Assembly (NCBI GenBank): GCA_963814005.1
Contig: CAWFBA010000003.1
Location: 640-64,639 of the forward strand
Direction of reading: 5' to 3'
Source of the DNA: an uncultured Thermoleophilaceae bacterium
GTDB lineage: Bacteria; Actinomycetota; Thermoleophilia; Solirubrobacterales; Thermoleophilaceae
DNA: 64,000 nucleotides
Positions 42,626 through 53,509 of this stretch are shown here, one piece after another. The position numbers were made by a program, and so were the translations under genes. The notes beneath the pieces are model-generated. The model was not told the DNA's origin, searched no databases, and saw nothing but the letters and a program-made list of their open reading frames with translations. Numbering within the stretch: the first letter of the stretch is position 1; each line of letters opens with the position of its first letter.

Positions 42626-43186
42626 GTGCAGGCCCTGAACTCCGTCACCGAACGTCTCACGGCGGAGCTGCGCGAGCACGCGCTGGTGGTCGGGAAGGTC
42701 ACCCTGTCCAGCGGCCGCCAGGCCGACTACTACGTGGATGCCAAGCGGGCCATCCTGCGCCCGGCGGGCTTCGCCGCCATGGGCGAGCTCATCCGCGCGG
42801 AGGCCGAGTCGGCGGCGGCCACCGCGGTGGGCGGAATGACAATGGGGGCGGACGCCATCGCGTGCTCGGCCCTGGCCGCCGGCGCCGACGTGAAGGCGTT
42901 CTTCGTGCGCAAGGAGCGCAAGGAGCACGGCCTCCAGCGCTGGATCGAGGGCCCGCCCCTGGCAGCGGGTGAGCGCTGCCTGATAGTCGAGGACGTGGTC
43001 ACCACGGGCGGCTCGACCGTGAAGGCCATCGAGCGGGTGCGCGAGGAGGGCCTCGAGGTGGCCGCGGTAGTGAGCGTGCTGGACCGGCTGGCCGGCGGGG
43101 GAGCGGCCATCGAGGCGGCGGCGGGCGCGCCCTACCGCGCTCTCACCACCATCGACGACCTGTATCCGGACCGCCCCGACCGCTGA
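42626..43186 (+). CDS. pyrE: orotate phosphoribosyltransferase
   Basis: GKVTLSSGRQADYYVD and the PRPP-binding loop CLIVEDVVTTGGS. GTG start proposed inside ORF 42317..43186. Confidence 0.88.
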   Translation: MQALNSVTERLTAELREHALVVGKVTLSSGRQADYYVDAKRAILRPAGFAAMGELIRAEAESAAATAVGGMTMGADAIACSALAAGADVKAFFVRKERKEHGLQRWIEGPPLAAGERCLIVEDVVTTGGSTVKAIERVREEGLEVAAVVSVLDRLAGGGAAIEAAAGAPYRALTTIDDLYPDRPDR

Positions 43187-43198
43187 CCAGGGGCCGCT

Positions 43199-44125
43199 TC
43201 AGGTACGTCCGGCCAAGAGATTCCGCACCTCGCCCACGGCCGCGACGGCCGCCTCCGGGTCGGCCGCGCACGGGATCACGTTGAAGGCCGAGCAGCCGGC
43301 CTCCACGTAGGGACCGAGGAACTCCGCCACATCGGCCGGCGTCCCGAACGGCGAGTACCGCTCGAATGACTCGTAGGGGATTTGGTAGAAGCTCTGCATC
43401 CCGTCGGCGACGTGGCCTCGCGCCTCCTCCGCGGTGTCGCCGAACCCGCACCAGACGTTGAGGCCGTGCTCGAACGTCGCTTCCCCGCGGCCGGCGGCGC
43501 CTGCGGCGTCGGCGATCTGACTCGACACCTTCGCGAACCGTTGCGCCGAGACCCAGATGCCGAGCCAGCCGTCTCCGAGTCGCGCCGCGCGCGTGACCGC
43601 CGCCTCCGAGCGACCACCCACGACCAGCGGTATCGGGGAGGCCGGCGCCGGAACGATCAAGGCATCTTCGACGTCGACGAACTCGCCGTCGAAACTAACC
43701 GGCTGCCCGGTGAGCAGCTGGCGCAGGACCGTGACGTACTCGTCCATCCGGCGGCCGCGGGTGCTCGGGTCGACCCCGCAGATCTCGATCTCGTGCCGGT
43801 CCTCGCCCCCGATGCCCACCCCGAACGTGAGCCGCCCGGGCGCCACCTCGGCGACGGTGGCCAGCTGGCGCGCCACGGGCACCGGGTGTCGCAGCGGCAG
43901 CAGGTACAGGGCGACGTACACGGGGAGGGTCTCGTGGAGGCTCAGCAGCGACGTTGCCTCCACCACGCCGTCATCACCCGCGCCCACGAAGAAGCTCACG
44001 TGGTCGCCGACGCAAACGTGGTCCACGCCGGCTTCGGAGGCGGCACGCACCAGCGCCTTGCGCGAATCCAGACCACGCTCGAAGCGTGCGGCGGTGGCGA
44101 AGGTCCCGACCCTGGGCGCCGGCAT
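43199..44125 (-). CDS. luciferase-like monooxygenase (LLM) class, probably F420-dependent oxidoreductase
   Basis: 308 aa: GVDHVCVGDHVSF...RLTFGVGIGG...VVGGRSEAAVTRAARLGDGW. Confidence 0.8.
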   Translation of the reverse strand: MPAPRVGTFATAARFERGLDSRKALVRAASEAGVDHVCVGDHVSFFVGAGDDGVVEATSLLSLHETLPVYVALYLLPLRHPVPVARQLATVAEVAPGRLTFGVGIGGEDRHEIEICGVDPSTRGRRMDEYVTVLRQLLTGQPVSFDGEFVDVEDALIVPAPASPIPLVVGGRSEAAVTRAARLGDGWLGIWVSAQRFAKVSSQIADAAGAAGRGEATFEHGLNVWCGFGDTAEEARGHVADGMQSFYQIPYESFERYSPFGTPADVAEFLGPYVEAGCSAFNVIPCAADPEAAVAAVGEVRNLLAGRT

Positions 44126-44176
44126 GGCGGCAGTCTCTCACCATCGCGGCCGCTCGGGGCCGGGGCGACGCCGCGC

Positions 44177-45025
44177 TCAGCCGCGGCGGTACAGCCGCGT
44201 GGTCAGCGGCGCGAACACGACCGTCAGAGCGGCCGCCACGGCGAGCACGATCGCTATGTCGGACCCGTCCACGTTGCCCTCCATCAGGCCCCGCGACGCG
44301 TCCGCCAGGATCGAGATCGGGTTCACGTTCACGAACGCCTCGAGCCCCTTGGGCAGCGTGCTCGGGTCCACGAACACGTTGGAGAGGAACGTGAGCGGGA
44401 AGATGCCCATGAAGCCGGCGTTCATCACCGCGTTGGGCGAGCGCAAGAGCAGGCCGATGGTCGTGAACACCCACGACAGGCCGAAGGCGAACACCACTAC
44501 CAGCCCCAGCGCCGCGATCATGCCGCCCGGCCCGGCCTCGGGGCTGTAGCCGAGGATCACGCCCAGCACCATGATCACCGTGCCGGCGACCACGTAGCGC
44601 ACGGAGTCGCCCAGCAGCGATCCCACCAGCGGCGCGGGGCTCCAGATCGGGAGCGACCGGAAGCGATCGACCACGCCCTTGGTCAGGTCGGTGTTCAGCG
44701 CCACGCCCGAGTAGACGGTGGTGAACAGGACCGACATGACCAGGATCCCGGGCAGGATGTAGTCCAGGTAGTCGCCGGTGGATCCCGCGATGGCGCCGCC
44801 GAACAGGTAGGTGAACATCAGGACGAACATCACCGGGGTGATGGTCACGTCAAGCAGCTGCTCGGGCACGTGCTTGACCTTGAGCATTCCGCGCCAGCCG
44901 AAGGTCAGCGCGGCAGAGGCGGCGCTGGCGCTGGCGGGCCGCGCGGTCGAGGCGATGGCCTTGCGAACTGCTGCCTCGTCGGCGCCGGTCGCAGGGGCGG
45001 CCTGGGTTTGCGGCTGTGCGCTCAT
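44177..45025 (-). CDS. ABC-2-type transporter permease (DrrB-like)
   Basis: 282 aa with 6 TM helices. Overlaps the upstream ATPase gene stop by 4 nt. Confidence 0.82.
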   Translation of the reverse strand: MSAQPQTQAAPATGADEAAVRKAIASTARPASASAASAALTFGWRGMLKVKHVPEQLLDVTITPVMFVLMFTYLFGGAIAGSTGDYLDYILPGILVMSVLFTTVYSGVALNTDLTKGVVDRFRSLPIWSPAPLVGSLLGDSVRYVVAGTVIMVLGVILGYSPEAGPGGMIAALGLVVVFAFGLSWVFTTIGLLLRSPNAVMNAGFMGIFPLTFLSNVFVDPSTLPKGLEAFVNVNPISILADASRGLMEGNVDGSDIAIVLAVAAALTVVFAPLTTRLYRRG

Positions 45026-46011
45026 GCTGCCTGCTCCTCCATCGAGTCGGGTCGTGCTTCCGCGCTGTCCTCGGCCGTGTGGCCGGTGAGGGCGAGAAAG
45101 ACCTCGTCAAGCGACGGCTGGCCCACCGAGAAGTCCGCGATGCGCACGCCGGAGCGGGTGAGCTCGGCCACCACCTCGGCCGCGCGGTTGGCGTCGGCGC
45201 AGTTGACCGACAGTGCGGCCGCGTCGGGCTCGAGGGTCACGCCGCCGAGCTCGCGGATCAGCAGCTGCTCGGCCTCGGGGCGCTGATCGGGGTTCAGCAG
45301 TCGCACGTGAAGTGCGCCGGAGCCCACCGAGCTCTTCAGCTGGGCGGGGGTGCCCTCCGCGATCACCTTGCCGTGGTCGATCACGGCGATCCCGTCCGCC
45401 AGGTGGTCGGCCTCCTCCAGGTACTGGGTGCAAAGCAGGATCGTGGTGCCGCCGTCAACCAGCGCCCGGATGATGTCCCAGACCTGGTTGCGCGAGCGCG
45501 GATCCAGGCCGGTGGTGGGCTCGTCGAGGAACATGAGCTCCGGCGTGACCACGATGCTCGCCGCGATGTCGAGCCGGCGGCGCATGCCGCCCGAGTAGGC
45601 CTTCACGAGCTTGGCCGCCGCGTCGGAGAGCCCGAAGGCCTCCAGCAGCTCCGTCGCGCGCGCCTTGGCCTCGGCGCGCTTGAGCCCCAGCAGCCGGCCG
45701 ATCAGGATCAGGTTCTCGCGCCCGGTCAGGTCCTCGTCCACCGATGCGAGCTGGCCGGTCAGGCTCACGGCCGCGCGCACCCGATGGGCGTCGTCGACGA
45801 TGTCGTGCCCGAGCACGCGGGCGCTTCCCGCGTCCGGACGGATCAGCGTGGCCAGCATGCGGATCGTCGTGGTCTTGCCGGCACCGTTGGGGCCGAGCAC
45901 GCCGTAGACGGAGCCACTCGGCACGGCCAGGTCCACGCCGTCCACGGCGCGCGTGTCGCCGAACGTCTTCACGAGGCCGCTCGCCTCGATTGCAAGTTGG
46001 TGGGTGGTCAT
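45022..46011 (-). CDS. ABC transporter ATP-binding protein (DrrA-like)
   Basis: Start at MTTHQLAIE. Walker [10 protein letters not shown], signature YSGGMRRRL, Walker [13 protein letters not shown]. Confidence 0.92.
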   Translation of the reverse strand: MTTHQLAIEASGLVKTFGDTRAVDGVDLAVPSGSVYGVLGPNGAGKTTTIRMLATLIRPDAGSARVLGHDIVDDAHRVRAAVSLTGQLASVDEDLTGRENLILIGRLLGLKRAEAKARATELLEAFGLSDAAAKLVKAYSGGMRRRLDIAASIVVTPELMFLDEPTTGLDPRSRNQVWDIIRALVDGGTTILLCTQYLEEADHLADGIAVIDHGKVIAEGTPAQLKSSVGSGALHVRLLNPDQRPEAEQLLIRELGGVTLEPDAAALSVNCADANRAAEVVAELTRSGVRIADFSVGQPSLDEVFLALTGHTAEDSAEARPDSMEEQAA

Positions 46012-46198
46012 CTGCCTCCTGTGGCTCCTCTCGGTGGGTAGACCGCCGGGGCCCTTGGAACTCATCGCTTGCGGACGCGAACCGTGATGCCGCCGTATGC
46101 CACAGCGGCCGCGCGCCAACTCACTTACTTAGCAGAGAAGTGCCGGGGGGACCCCGTGGCGAACCCGTCGGCGATCACGGGCATATGCTCAGCGCCAC

Positions 46199-47572
46199 AT
46201 GAGTCGCCGCGACACCCCCTCGCCCGGTCGGTTCGCCAACCGCTTCCTGCTGGAGCCGGCGCCCGACAATGCGCTGCCGGAGCACGGGATGGCGCCCGCG
46301 GACGCCATGCATCTGATTGGCCAAGAGCTGGCGCTGGATGGGATCCCGGCGCGCAACCTGGCGACGTTCGTGACGACCTGGATGGAGCCGGAGGCGCGGC
46401 AGCTGATCGAGGCGAACCTGCACCGGAACTTCATCGACCACGCGGAATACCCGCAGACGGCGGAGATCGAGCAGCGCTGCATCCGGATGCTCGCCGAGCT
46501 CTTCAACGCGCCGGGCGAGACCACGGGGGCACGGACGCAGGGATCCTCCGAGGCGATCATGCTGGGAGCGCTGTCACTGAAGTGGAAGTGGCGCGCGCGC
46601 AGAGAAGCGGCCGGCAAGGACACGGGGCGGCCGAACCTCGTGTTCGGGGGCGACGTGCACGTGGTCTGGGAGAAGTTCTGCCGCTACTTCGACGTCGAGC
46701 CGCGGGTGATCCCGCTCCAGCCCGACCGGTACACGATCGGCCCTGAGGACGTGGAGCCGCACGTGGACGAGAACACGATCGGCGTGGCCGCGGTCCTCGG
46801 GACGACCTTCACCGGGCACGCCGACGACGTGGCGGGCATCAACGACCTGCTGGTCCGGCTCAAGGACGAGCGCGGCCTGGACGTGCCGATGCACGTGGAC
46901 GCGGCGAGCGGCGGTTTCGTGTGGCCGTTCCTGTATCCGGACTCCGAGTGGGACTTCAGGCTCGAGCAGGTCCGCTCGATCAACACGTCCGGCCACAAGT
47001 ACGGGCTGGTCTACCCGGGCGTCGGCTGGCTGGTGTTCAGGGAGATGAGCGACCTGCCCGAGGACCTCGTCTTCTACGAGAACTACCTGGGCAAGACGGA
47101 CGCCACGTTCACGCTCAACTTCTCGACCGGCTCGGCCATGGTGCTGGGCCAGTACTACAACCTCATCCGCTACGGGCGCGAGGGCTACCGGCTCATCATG
47201 GAAACGATGCAGGCCAACGCGGCCGCGCTCGAGAAGCGCATCGGCGCGACGAGTCAGCTGCGCCTGGTGGGCGACCAGGGAGCCGAGCGGCTGCCGCTGG
47301 TGTCCTTCCAGGTGGAGGGCGAGCGCGACTACGACGAGTTCGACGTGGCCTCGCAGCTGGCGGCGGAGCGGGGCTGGATGGTCCCCGCCTACACGCTGCC
47401 GCCCAACGCCGACCACGTGAAGATCCTGCGAGTGCTGGTCAAGCTCACGCTGGGCCACTCGCTGGCGACCAGGCTGGCGGACGACCTCGGGGACGCCTGC
47501 GAGACACTCGACCAGAAGGGCGGCCTGCACGCGCGGGACCGGCAGCGGGTCAAGACGAACGTCGGGTACTGA
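46199..47572 (+). CDS. glutamate decarboxylase (PLP-dependent, group II)
   Basis: 457 aa: NLATFVTTWMEPEA...NFIDHAEYPQTAEIE...SINTSGHKYGLVYPGVGWLVFR (PLP lysine). Confidence 0.92.
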   Translation: MSRRDTPSPGRFANRFLLEPAPDNALPEHGMAPADAMHLIGQELALDGIPARNLATFVTTWMEPEARQLIEANLHRNFIDHAEYPQTAEIEQRCIRMLAELFNAPGETTGARTQGSSEAIMLGALSLKWKWRARREAAGKDTGRPNLVFGGDVHVVWEKFCRYFDVEPRVIPLQPDRYTIGPEDVEPHVDENTIGVAAVLGTTFTGHADDVAGINDLLVRLKDERGLDVPMHVDAASGGFVWPFLYPDSEWDFRLEQVRSINTSGHKYGLVYPGVGWLVFREMSDLPEDLVFYENYLGKTDATFTLNFSTGSAMVLGQYYNLIRYGREGYRLIMETMQANAAALEKRIGATSQLRLVGDQGAERLPLVSFQVEGERDYDEFDVASQLAAERGWMVPAYTLPPNADHVKILRVLVKLTLGHSLATRLADDLGDACETLDQKGGLHARDRQRVKTNVGY

Positions 47573-47619
47573 GGGTCCGCCGCGAGGGGGGAGTGTCCCT
47601 TCTCCGTGGCGAGCTTTAC

Positions 47620-48462
47620 TCAGAGTGACGACAGCGGCACGCCGATGATTTCGAGCCGGCGGGTCAAGCCGCTCAGGGCGAAGTCCCGGACCTCGTCCGT
47701 GCTTACGCCGAGCCGCTCGATGTCGGGGCCGGAACCGTCGCCCGCACCTCCGAGCGCCTCGGCGACCGCCGGGAGCAGGTCACGCAGGGTCGCGCGTACG
47801 GCCTCGGCGGCCTCGGGGCTGTCGCGGACCGCCTCGCGCAGGAACCAGATCCCATAGCCGATGTGGCGGGTCTCGTCGTGGTGGATCTTCGAGTAGCCCT
47901 CGACGAACGCCGGCAGCAGGCCCTCGCGCTTCAGGTACTCGGTCGCGAAGTGGAACGTCGTCAGACCGAGGGTGCTCTCCAAGATCACGTGGTAGACGGT
48001 CACGAACCGGACCTTCGCTGCGACGTCATGCGGCGCGGCCACGAGGTTCTCGTGCGCCTCGACCAGGGCCTCATCGAAGATCTTGCGGAAGGCGGGGCTG
48101 ACCTCGCGCCGGGCGCGCTCGATATGCGCGGCTATCTCGGCCGGCGAGTCGACGACCTCGTCCTGGAAGCGCGCGTAGAACTGCATGTGGCGTGCTTCGT
48201 CGACCTGCTGGGTCGAGAGGAAGGTCGCCTCCTCCTCGCTGCCGTAGGCGCCGACCAGTCCGGAGAACTTGGTCGTGATCCGCTCCTCGGCCACCATCAG
48301 CGAGGCGAGCACCCAGTAGATGAGACCGCGGTCCTCGTCGTCGAGCTCACCCCACTGGGCCCGGTCGTGCGCGAGGTCGATCGCGAACGGGCTCCATTGG
48401 GAGTCCTCCCAGCGCCGGTAGAGGGTCTGGGGGTCGTTGAGCTGGATCTCAGCTTGGGTCAA
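47620..48462 (-). CDS. ferritin-like diiron-carboxylate protein of the RNR-R2 / R2-like oxidase superfamily
   Basis: Metal-ligand pattern E (MVAEERI), ExxH (VDEARHMQF), E (ILESTLG), ExxH (HDETRHIGYG). The start is uncertain: TTG at 48462 or ATG at 48531, both overlapping the arsM 3' end. Confidence 0.7.
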   Translation of the reverse strand: MTQAEIQLNDPQTLYRRWEDSQWSPFAIDLAHDRAQWGELDDEDRGLIYWVLASLMVAEERITTKFSGLVGAYGSEEEATFLSTQQVDEARHMQFYARFQDEVVDSPAEIAAHIERARREVSPAFRKIFDEALVEAHENLVAAPHDVAAKVRFVTVYHVILESTLGLTTFHFATEYLKREGLLPAFVEGYSKIHHDETRHIGYGIWFLREAVRDSPEAAEAVRATLRDLLPAVAEALGGAGDGSGPDIERLGVSTDEVRDFALSGLTRRLEIIGVPLSSL

Positions 48463-49330
48463 GGGGCACCTGGGCCCGGATGATCGCCGATGCTGCGTGC
48501 TCGTGGACGCGATGGGTCTCCTGGATCTCAACGGCCTCGAAGCCGGCGGCGACCAGCTGGTGCGCGTAGTCGGCGCGAGTCAGGGCGCCGGCGATGCAGC
48601 CCGTCCACTCCTGCATGCTCTGGCGGGTCGACTCGTCCATGCCTGCGTCGGCGATCACGTCACTGACGGCGAAGCGGCCGCCGGGCCGCAGCACGCGGGC
48701 GGCTTCGCGGAAGACGGCTGGCTTGTCGGCGCTGAGGTTGATCACGCAGTTCGAGATGATCACGTCAACCGACCCATCCGGTAGGGGAACGTCCTCGATC
48801 GTGCCCTTGAGGAACTCGACGTTCTCGACGCCGGCGTCGGCCTGGTTGCGCCGGGCCAGGTCGAGCATCTCGTCGGTCATGTCCAGGCCGTAGGCCTTGC
48901 CGTTGGGACCGACTCGCCGGGCGGAGAGCAGAACGTCGATCCCGCCGCCCGAACCGAGGTCGAGCACGGTCTCGCCCTCGTGCAGCGCAGCAACCGCGGT
49001 CGGGTTGCCGCAGCCGAGGCTGGCCAGCTGCGCTGCCTCGGGCAGGACGTCGCGTTCGTCGGAGTCATAGAGGCCCGAGCCGAACAGCTCGCGCTGCTCG
49101 TCGGTGATCACCGCTGCGTCGGCGCAGCACGACGCCTCGCCGGTGCTCGCCGCCTCAGCCGCCTCTGCGTAACGGTCGCGCACCGTCTGGCGCAGTTCGC
49201 CGGCGTCGTCGGGAACGGCCTCGGCGCCAGCGCCGCAGCCGCATGTTCCGGCCTCGTGCTCGGGTCCGCAGCATTCGCCCTTGGCCTCGGGATCACAGCA
49301 CGTCCGATTGTCAGTCTCTAGCTGAGCCAT
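48449..49330 (-). CDS. arsM: arsenite S-adenosylmethionine methyltransferase
   Basis: Start at MAQLETDN. Cys-rich N-terminus, conserved Cys in [11 protein letters not shown] motif [11 protein letters not shown], and NCVINL. Confidence 0.85.
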   Translation of the reverse strand: MAQLETDNRTCCDPEAKGECCGPEHEAGTCGCGAGAEAVPDDAGELRQTVRDRYAEAAEAASTGEASCCADAAVITDEQRELFGSGLYDSDERDVLPEAAQLASLGCGNPTAVAALHEGETVLDLGSGGGIDVLLSARRVGPNGKAYGLDMTDEMLDLARRNQADAGVENVEFLKGTIEDVPLPDGSVDVIISNCVINLSADKPAVFREAARVLRPGGRFAVSDVIADAGMDESTRQSMQEWTGCIAGALTRADYAHQLVAAGFEAVEIQETHRVHEHAASAIIRAQVPLDPS

Positions 49331-49668
49331 CCGCTCAGTTCCTCCAGTGCCGCCGGCTTGACGTAGTAGTAGGCCCACAGCCCGTGGCGCTCCGAACCGA
49401 CGATGCCCGCATCGCGGAGCTTCTTCAGGTGGTGGGAGACGGTTGGCTGGGAGAGGTCGAAGAGCGGGACCAGCTCGCAAACGCAGACTTTGCCGGCGTG
49501 CTTTCGCAGCACGTCGACCAGCTGCATGCGCACCGGGTCGCCCAGGGCCTTGGCCACCTCAGCCATGCGCTCGGCCTGCGATCGCTCGATGTCGGGATAG
49601 ACCACGGGCTCGCAGCAGACCTCGCCCTTGGCTCGCTTCTGCTTCGGCGCCAGTGCGAGCGTCTGCAT
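49318..49668 (-). CDS. arsR: ArsR/SmtB-family metalloregulator
   Basis: 116 aa from MQTLALAP. LGDPVRMQLVDVL, the CVCEL metal site, and the HTH LSQPTVSHHLKKLRDAGIV. Confidence 0.88.
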   Translation of the reverse strand: MQTLALAPKQKRAKGEVCCEPVVYPDIERSQAERMAEVAKALGDPVRMQLVDVLRKHAGKVCVCELVPLFDLSQPTVSHHLKKLRDAGIVGSERHGLWAYYYVKPAALEELSGWLS

Positions 49669-49710
49669 CACGCGGCCCTCCCCTGCGGATCGAAGTTCAT
49701 CGATACACGT

Positions 49711-49731
49711 ATATCTATTGAACAGATATCT
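49711..49731. promoter_or_regulatory. candidate ArsR operator in the divergent arsR / arsC intergenic region
   Basis: The most AT-rich stretch of the window. Inverted repeat ATATCT-N7-AGATAT (49711-49716 / 49724-49729) overlapping the palindrome AGATATCT, between divergent starts at 49668 and 49791. Confidence 0.4.
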
Positions 49732-49790
49732 GTCAATGGATAGGCTGCGCGTCGTAGGGCAGACCACCACGGCAGGTGAAGGGATGTCGC

Positions 49791-50444
49791 ATGGCAACGC
49801 AATTAGCCGAGCTCGACGTGGACCTGGTAACCCGCGGGCACCTCGAGAAGGGCCTCGAGTCATTGAAGGCGGAGTTCGCCGGCGTCTTCGGCCCACAGAC
49901 GATCGAGCGATTCATGACGGAGGCGATCGGCGACCTACCGGAGGCGAGGGTGAAGGACTTCGTCCCCCTGCTCGTCCATCGCTTTGCGCGTGAGCGGTTG
50001 AGGGCCTTGGGCCAGGCCGACGAGACGATCACCAAGGACGTGCCTGAGGTCCTGTTCGTCTGCGTCCACAACGCCGGGCGCAGCCAGATGGCGGCGGGGT
50101 TGCTGAACAAGCTCGCCGACGGCCGCGTCCACGTTCGCACCGCAGGCTCGGATCCGGCCGTGGAGATCAACCCGGCGGCGGTCGAGGCGATGAAGGAGGT
50201 CGGCGTCGACCTCTCGCAGGAGTTCCCGAAGCCGCTGAACGACGAGTTCGTGCGCGCTGCCGACGCGGTGATCACGATGGGCTGCGGCGACGCTTGCCCG
50301 ATCTACCCCGGCAAGCGCTACGAGGACTGGGAGCTCGAGGACCCGGCTGGCAAAGACATCGACACGGTTCGCCGGATCCGCGACGACCTTGAGGATCGCG
50401 TCAGGCGCCTGTTCGCCGAGCTGGCGCCCGATGCACAGGCCTGA
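49791..50444 (+). CDS. arsC: LMW-PTP-type arsenate reductase with an ~80-aa N-terminal helical extension
   Basis: Catalytic P-loop CVHNAGRSQMA, a GCGDAC segment and the DP motif. ATG at 49791 preceded by GAAGGGA. Confidence 0.82.
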   Translation: MATQLAELDVDLVTRGHLEKGLESLKAEFAGVFGPQTIERFMTEAIGDLPEARVKDFVPLLVHRFARERLRALGQADETITKDVPEVLFVCVHNAGRSQMAAGLLNKLADGRVHVRTAGSDPAVEINPAAVEAMKEVGVDLSQEFPKPLNDEFVRAADAVITMGCGDACPIYPGKRYEDWELEDPAGKDIDTVRRIRDDLEDRVRRLFAELAPDAQA

Positions 50445-50469
50445 CCTGGCAACGCCCTGCGAACGTGCA

Positions 50470-50615
<146 letters not shown>

Positions 50616-50901
50616 TGATGGGGCAACAGGAGCCACGGTCGCGCCTGTGTGGGCCGTCGTACAGGAACGCGCGACCTGGTTCGAGCGGCAGGTCCGCGGG
50701 CTGCCTGAACGCAGCGGCGCACCACGCGACGACGGCGAACCGCGCCGATGTCGAAGCGGCCTTCCGGATTCGAAGTCGCTGACGTAGAGGTCGCAGACGC
50801 CGCACCCGACGCGCTCTCGAGGCTGCTGAAGTTCGACGAGCGGTGGTACCGGCCGCCGAGCCTAGAAAAAGCCCGACCGACCTCGCGATACTGGGCGGGC
50901 G

Positions 50902-51288
50902 ATGTCGCCGGAGAACACGCCGCCACGCTTCTCGCGCGAGCGGTTCGAGGCGTTCTTGGAAGCGCTCAACGCGCGGCACTTCGACACGGTCGCCACGCTG
51001 GTCGAGTCTGGGCTGAAGTTCCGTTCGCTGTTCGGGGGCGCTGAAGGTGCAGCGCCATACACCGGCATCGAGGGGATGCGCCAGTGGGCCACGGAAGTCG
51101 ACTCAGTGTGGGAAGATTGTAGAATGAAGAAAGTCGTCGACTTCCGCCAGGTAAGTGACGATCAGCAGGTCATGATCGTGCGCGCGACCGCGAAGGCGAA
51201 GTCAAGCGGCATCCTGCTTGACAGCGTCACGGGAAACCTGCTCAGTTGGCACGACGACAAGGGCTGGGAGATCATCGCCTACCTCTGA
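50902..51288 (+). CDS. NTF2/SnoaL-like small protein
   Basis: 128 aa. N-terminal ERFEAFLEALNARHFD..ATL is typical of SnoaL-like folds. The frame is intact. Confidence 0.5.
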   Translation: MSPENTPPRFSRERFEAFLEALNARHFDTVATLVESGLKFRSLFGGAEGAAPYTGIEGMRQWATEVDSVWEDCRMKKVVDFRQVSDDQQVMIVRATAKAKSSGILLDSVTGNLLSWHDDKGWEIIAYL

Positions 51289-51819
51289 CCCCCGCGAAGC
51301 ACTTGAAGCCGCCGGACTGTCCGAGTAGGCGATGCAGGCAGTTTCAGGGTTACGCGCGTGCTGCGCCGTGTCGGCCCGTGACGGCCAGTTATGGGCCGTT
51401 CTTAGCAATCCGTTAGCTAGGCGCTACCAAATCGCGCGCCCCTACACGCCGTCGCAGCCTCGGCTCTATTCGAGGCCGTCTAACACTTCGGTGCCCGTCA
51501 CCGGGCAAGAACCACACCGCCGCCGGGATAGCTTTGGTGCCCCGGCACCGAAGCTCGTGACGCCGTACGGTTTCTCCTGGCCCGGCACGGGGGCACCGCA
51601 CCAGGTCGATAAGCCGCGCGCCTATCTCGAGGGCCAGTACCTAGCCGCTAGCACCCTCGACTACGCGGGTTCCTTCGCGTCAGACCCGGACGCAAGAGCA
51701 GCGCGCCGCCGCAGGTTACGGGCGGCTCGGGTTCTAGCGTCGCGTCGGAGCGGCTGCCCGGCCGTTCACGGGTCTTCGCGTGTTCGTCCGCGCGGTCGGG
51801 CGGTCTGCGTAGCCGCGGA

Positions 51820-52858
51820 TTATTTCGCGTAGCGCGGTGAGCGTGGCCGAAAGACGAGCGGGCGCAGGTAGTCGTCGGGGTCCTGCAGCCACCGCAGCTT
51901 AGTCCGGAGTCCCTGCCGCGCCGCCATCGCGGCCCGCAGTCGCGGCGAGCGCGCTCGAGCTTCCGTTCTGCGGTGTGGCCTCGAGCGCGTAGAAGTCGTG
52001 GTGGATCGGATAGAGCGAGCTTGGCCCTGATCGCCTGCATGTAGTCGACCGGATCGCGTAGGCCCTGCTCGAACTGGCCGAAGCCCTTGATCGAGCCGAA
52101 GTTGACGTCGGTGGGCAGCCGCCGCAGCACGCCGAGCACTTTCGGCGCCTTCTCGCAGCGGCCCGACGCGATTGTTCCAACAGCAGCGAGAACCTTCCGA
52201 TGCCGAAAAAGCGACATTACGCTCTCGGCCCCGCCCGAGTTGAGGATCGGCCCGGATGCCAACCCGCTGTGCAGGTTGCGTATCACTGTGACCCGGACAC
52301 CGCGGCCAAGCGGCCGGATCTCCCGGGAAGCCCCGAACCCGGAAAACGCCGACAGGGTCCGCGGGCATCGCACGCGGACCGGCGGGCCGGTCAGCGCTGC
52401 GGCCTCTTGTCTCGCCTTGTCGCACGCCTGCGGGAGGCTGGCACCAGCTTCGCGCCGGTCTTGGCGATCAGGCTGCCCGTGTTGCACTGGTGGTCGAAAT
52501 GCTGGTGGCCGATGAAGATCGCCTTCGGCCGAAGCGCGATCAACTGCCGGTAGTCGGTACGCACATACGGCGGTGCCGGTGGCGCCCAGCAGCCGCCTGG
52601 GCCGAGTCGTTGATGAAGCTGTCGAGCAGCACGACCTGTCCGTCGAACGAAGCGGCGAGGCTGGCGACTCCGAACCAGGAGAGGATCACGCGGTCCCGGC
52701 GAACATTGCCTTTGCGATCGACGTTCGAGGCGCCGAAGAATGCCTCGCGCGCCTTGAGCGTCGACTTGGCGACCAGCGTGCGCGCCCGGCGCGAACGTGA
52801 ACGGCAGTGCGGCCACGGCGAGGGCGACGCAGACCACCAGACGAAGCCGCTTCGCCAT
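51820..52858 (-). pseudogene. secreted metallo-beta-lactamase-fold hydrolase with at least 4 frame changes
   Basis: Signal peptide MAKRLRLVVCVALAVAALPFTFAPGAHA. HxHxDH motif IFIGHQHFDHQ. Later segments (PTDVNFGSIKGFGQFEQGL, YPIHHDFY) lie in other frames. The 3' end is uncertain. Confidence 0.6.
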
Positions 52859-53398
52859 CGCGCGGAGGCTACACCACCAGGTGCATACGTCATCGGGCCT
52901 CACGCGGCGATGATGGACTGTCGCAGATGCGGGCGGACGCTACGGCGACAACCCGCGCTTTGAGCTCGGCTTCGCGGTGACTGACTACGACAGGCAGTAC
53001 CGGGCGACCCGGTTCGCGGCTGGGTCAGAGGTGACGGGCGGAGCTAAACGGCTCGGCGCTGACGCCGCGGCTCGTCACGGTCGCGACCTCGAGACGCCAC
53101 CGGGTCCCCGGCAAGGCTGGCGCAGCCGCGGAAGCGCAGGCGCTCAGCGCTGGTCGCCGAGAACAGCGCGACCGGCTGGCCGGGCGCCATCCCGCGCTCG
53201 GCATCGTGGAGCCGCAGTGTCCACGCGCGCGGGCTCGAGCTGGTGATTCCCCGAGCGTGGCGCCCCCTGTGGGGCAACGGTGGGGCAACACGACATCCAC
53301 GAACAGCCACAAGTCGTGGCATCCGCGGCAGCCGTTGAGTCCGCTCGGGTGAGCGGAAATGCGGACCAGCCACAGCTAGCCGCAACGGTCGAGGCGAA

Positions 53399-53509
<111 letters not shown>

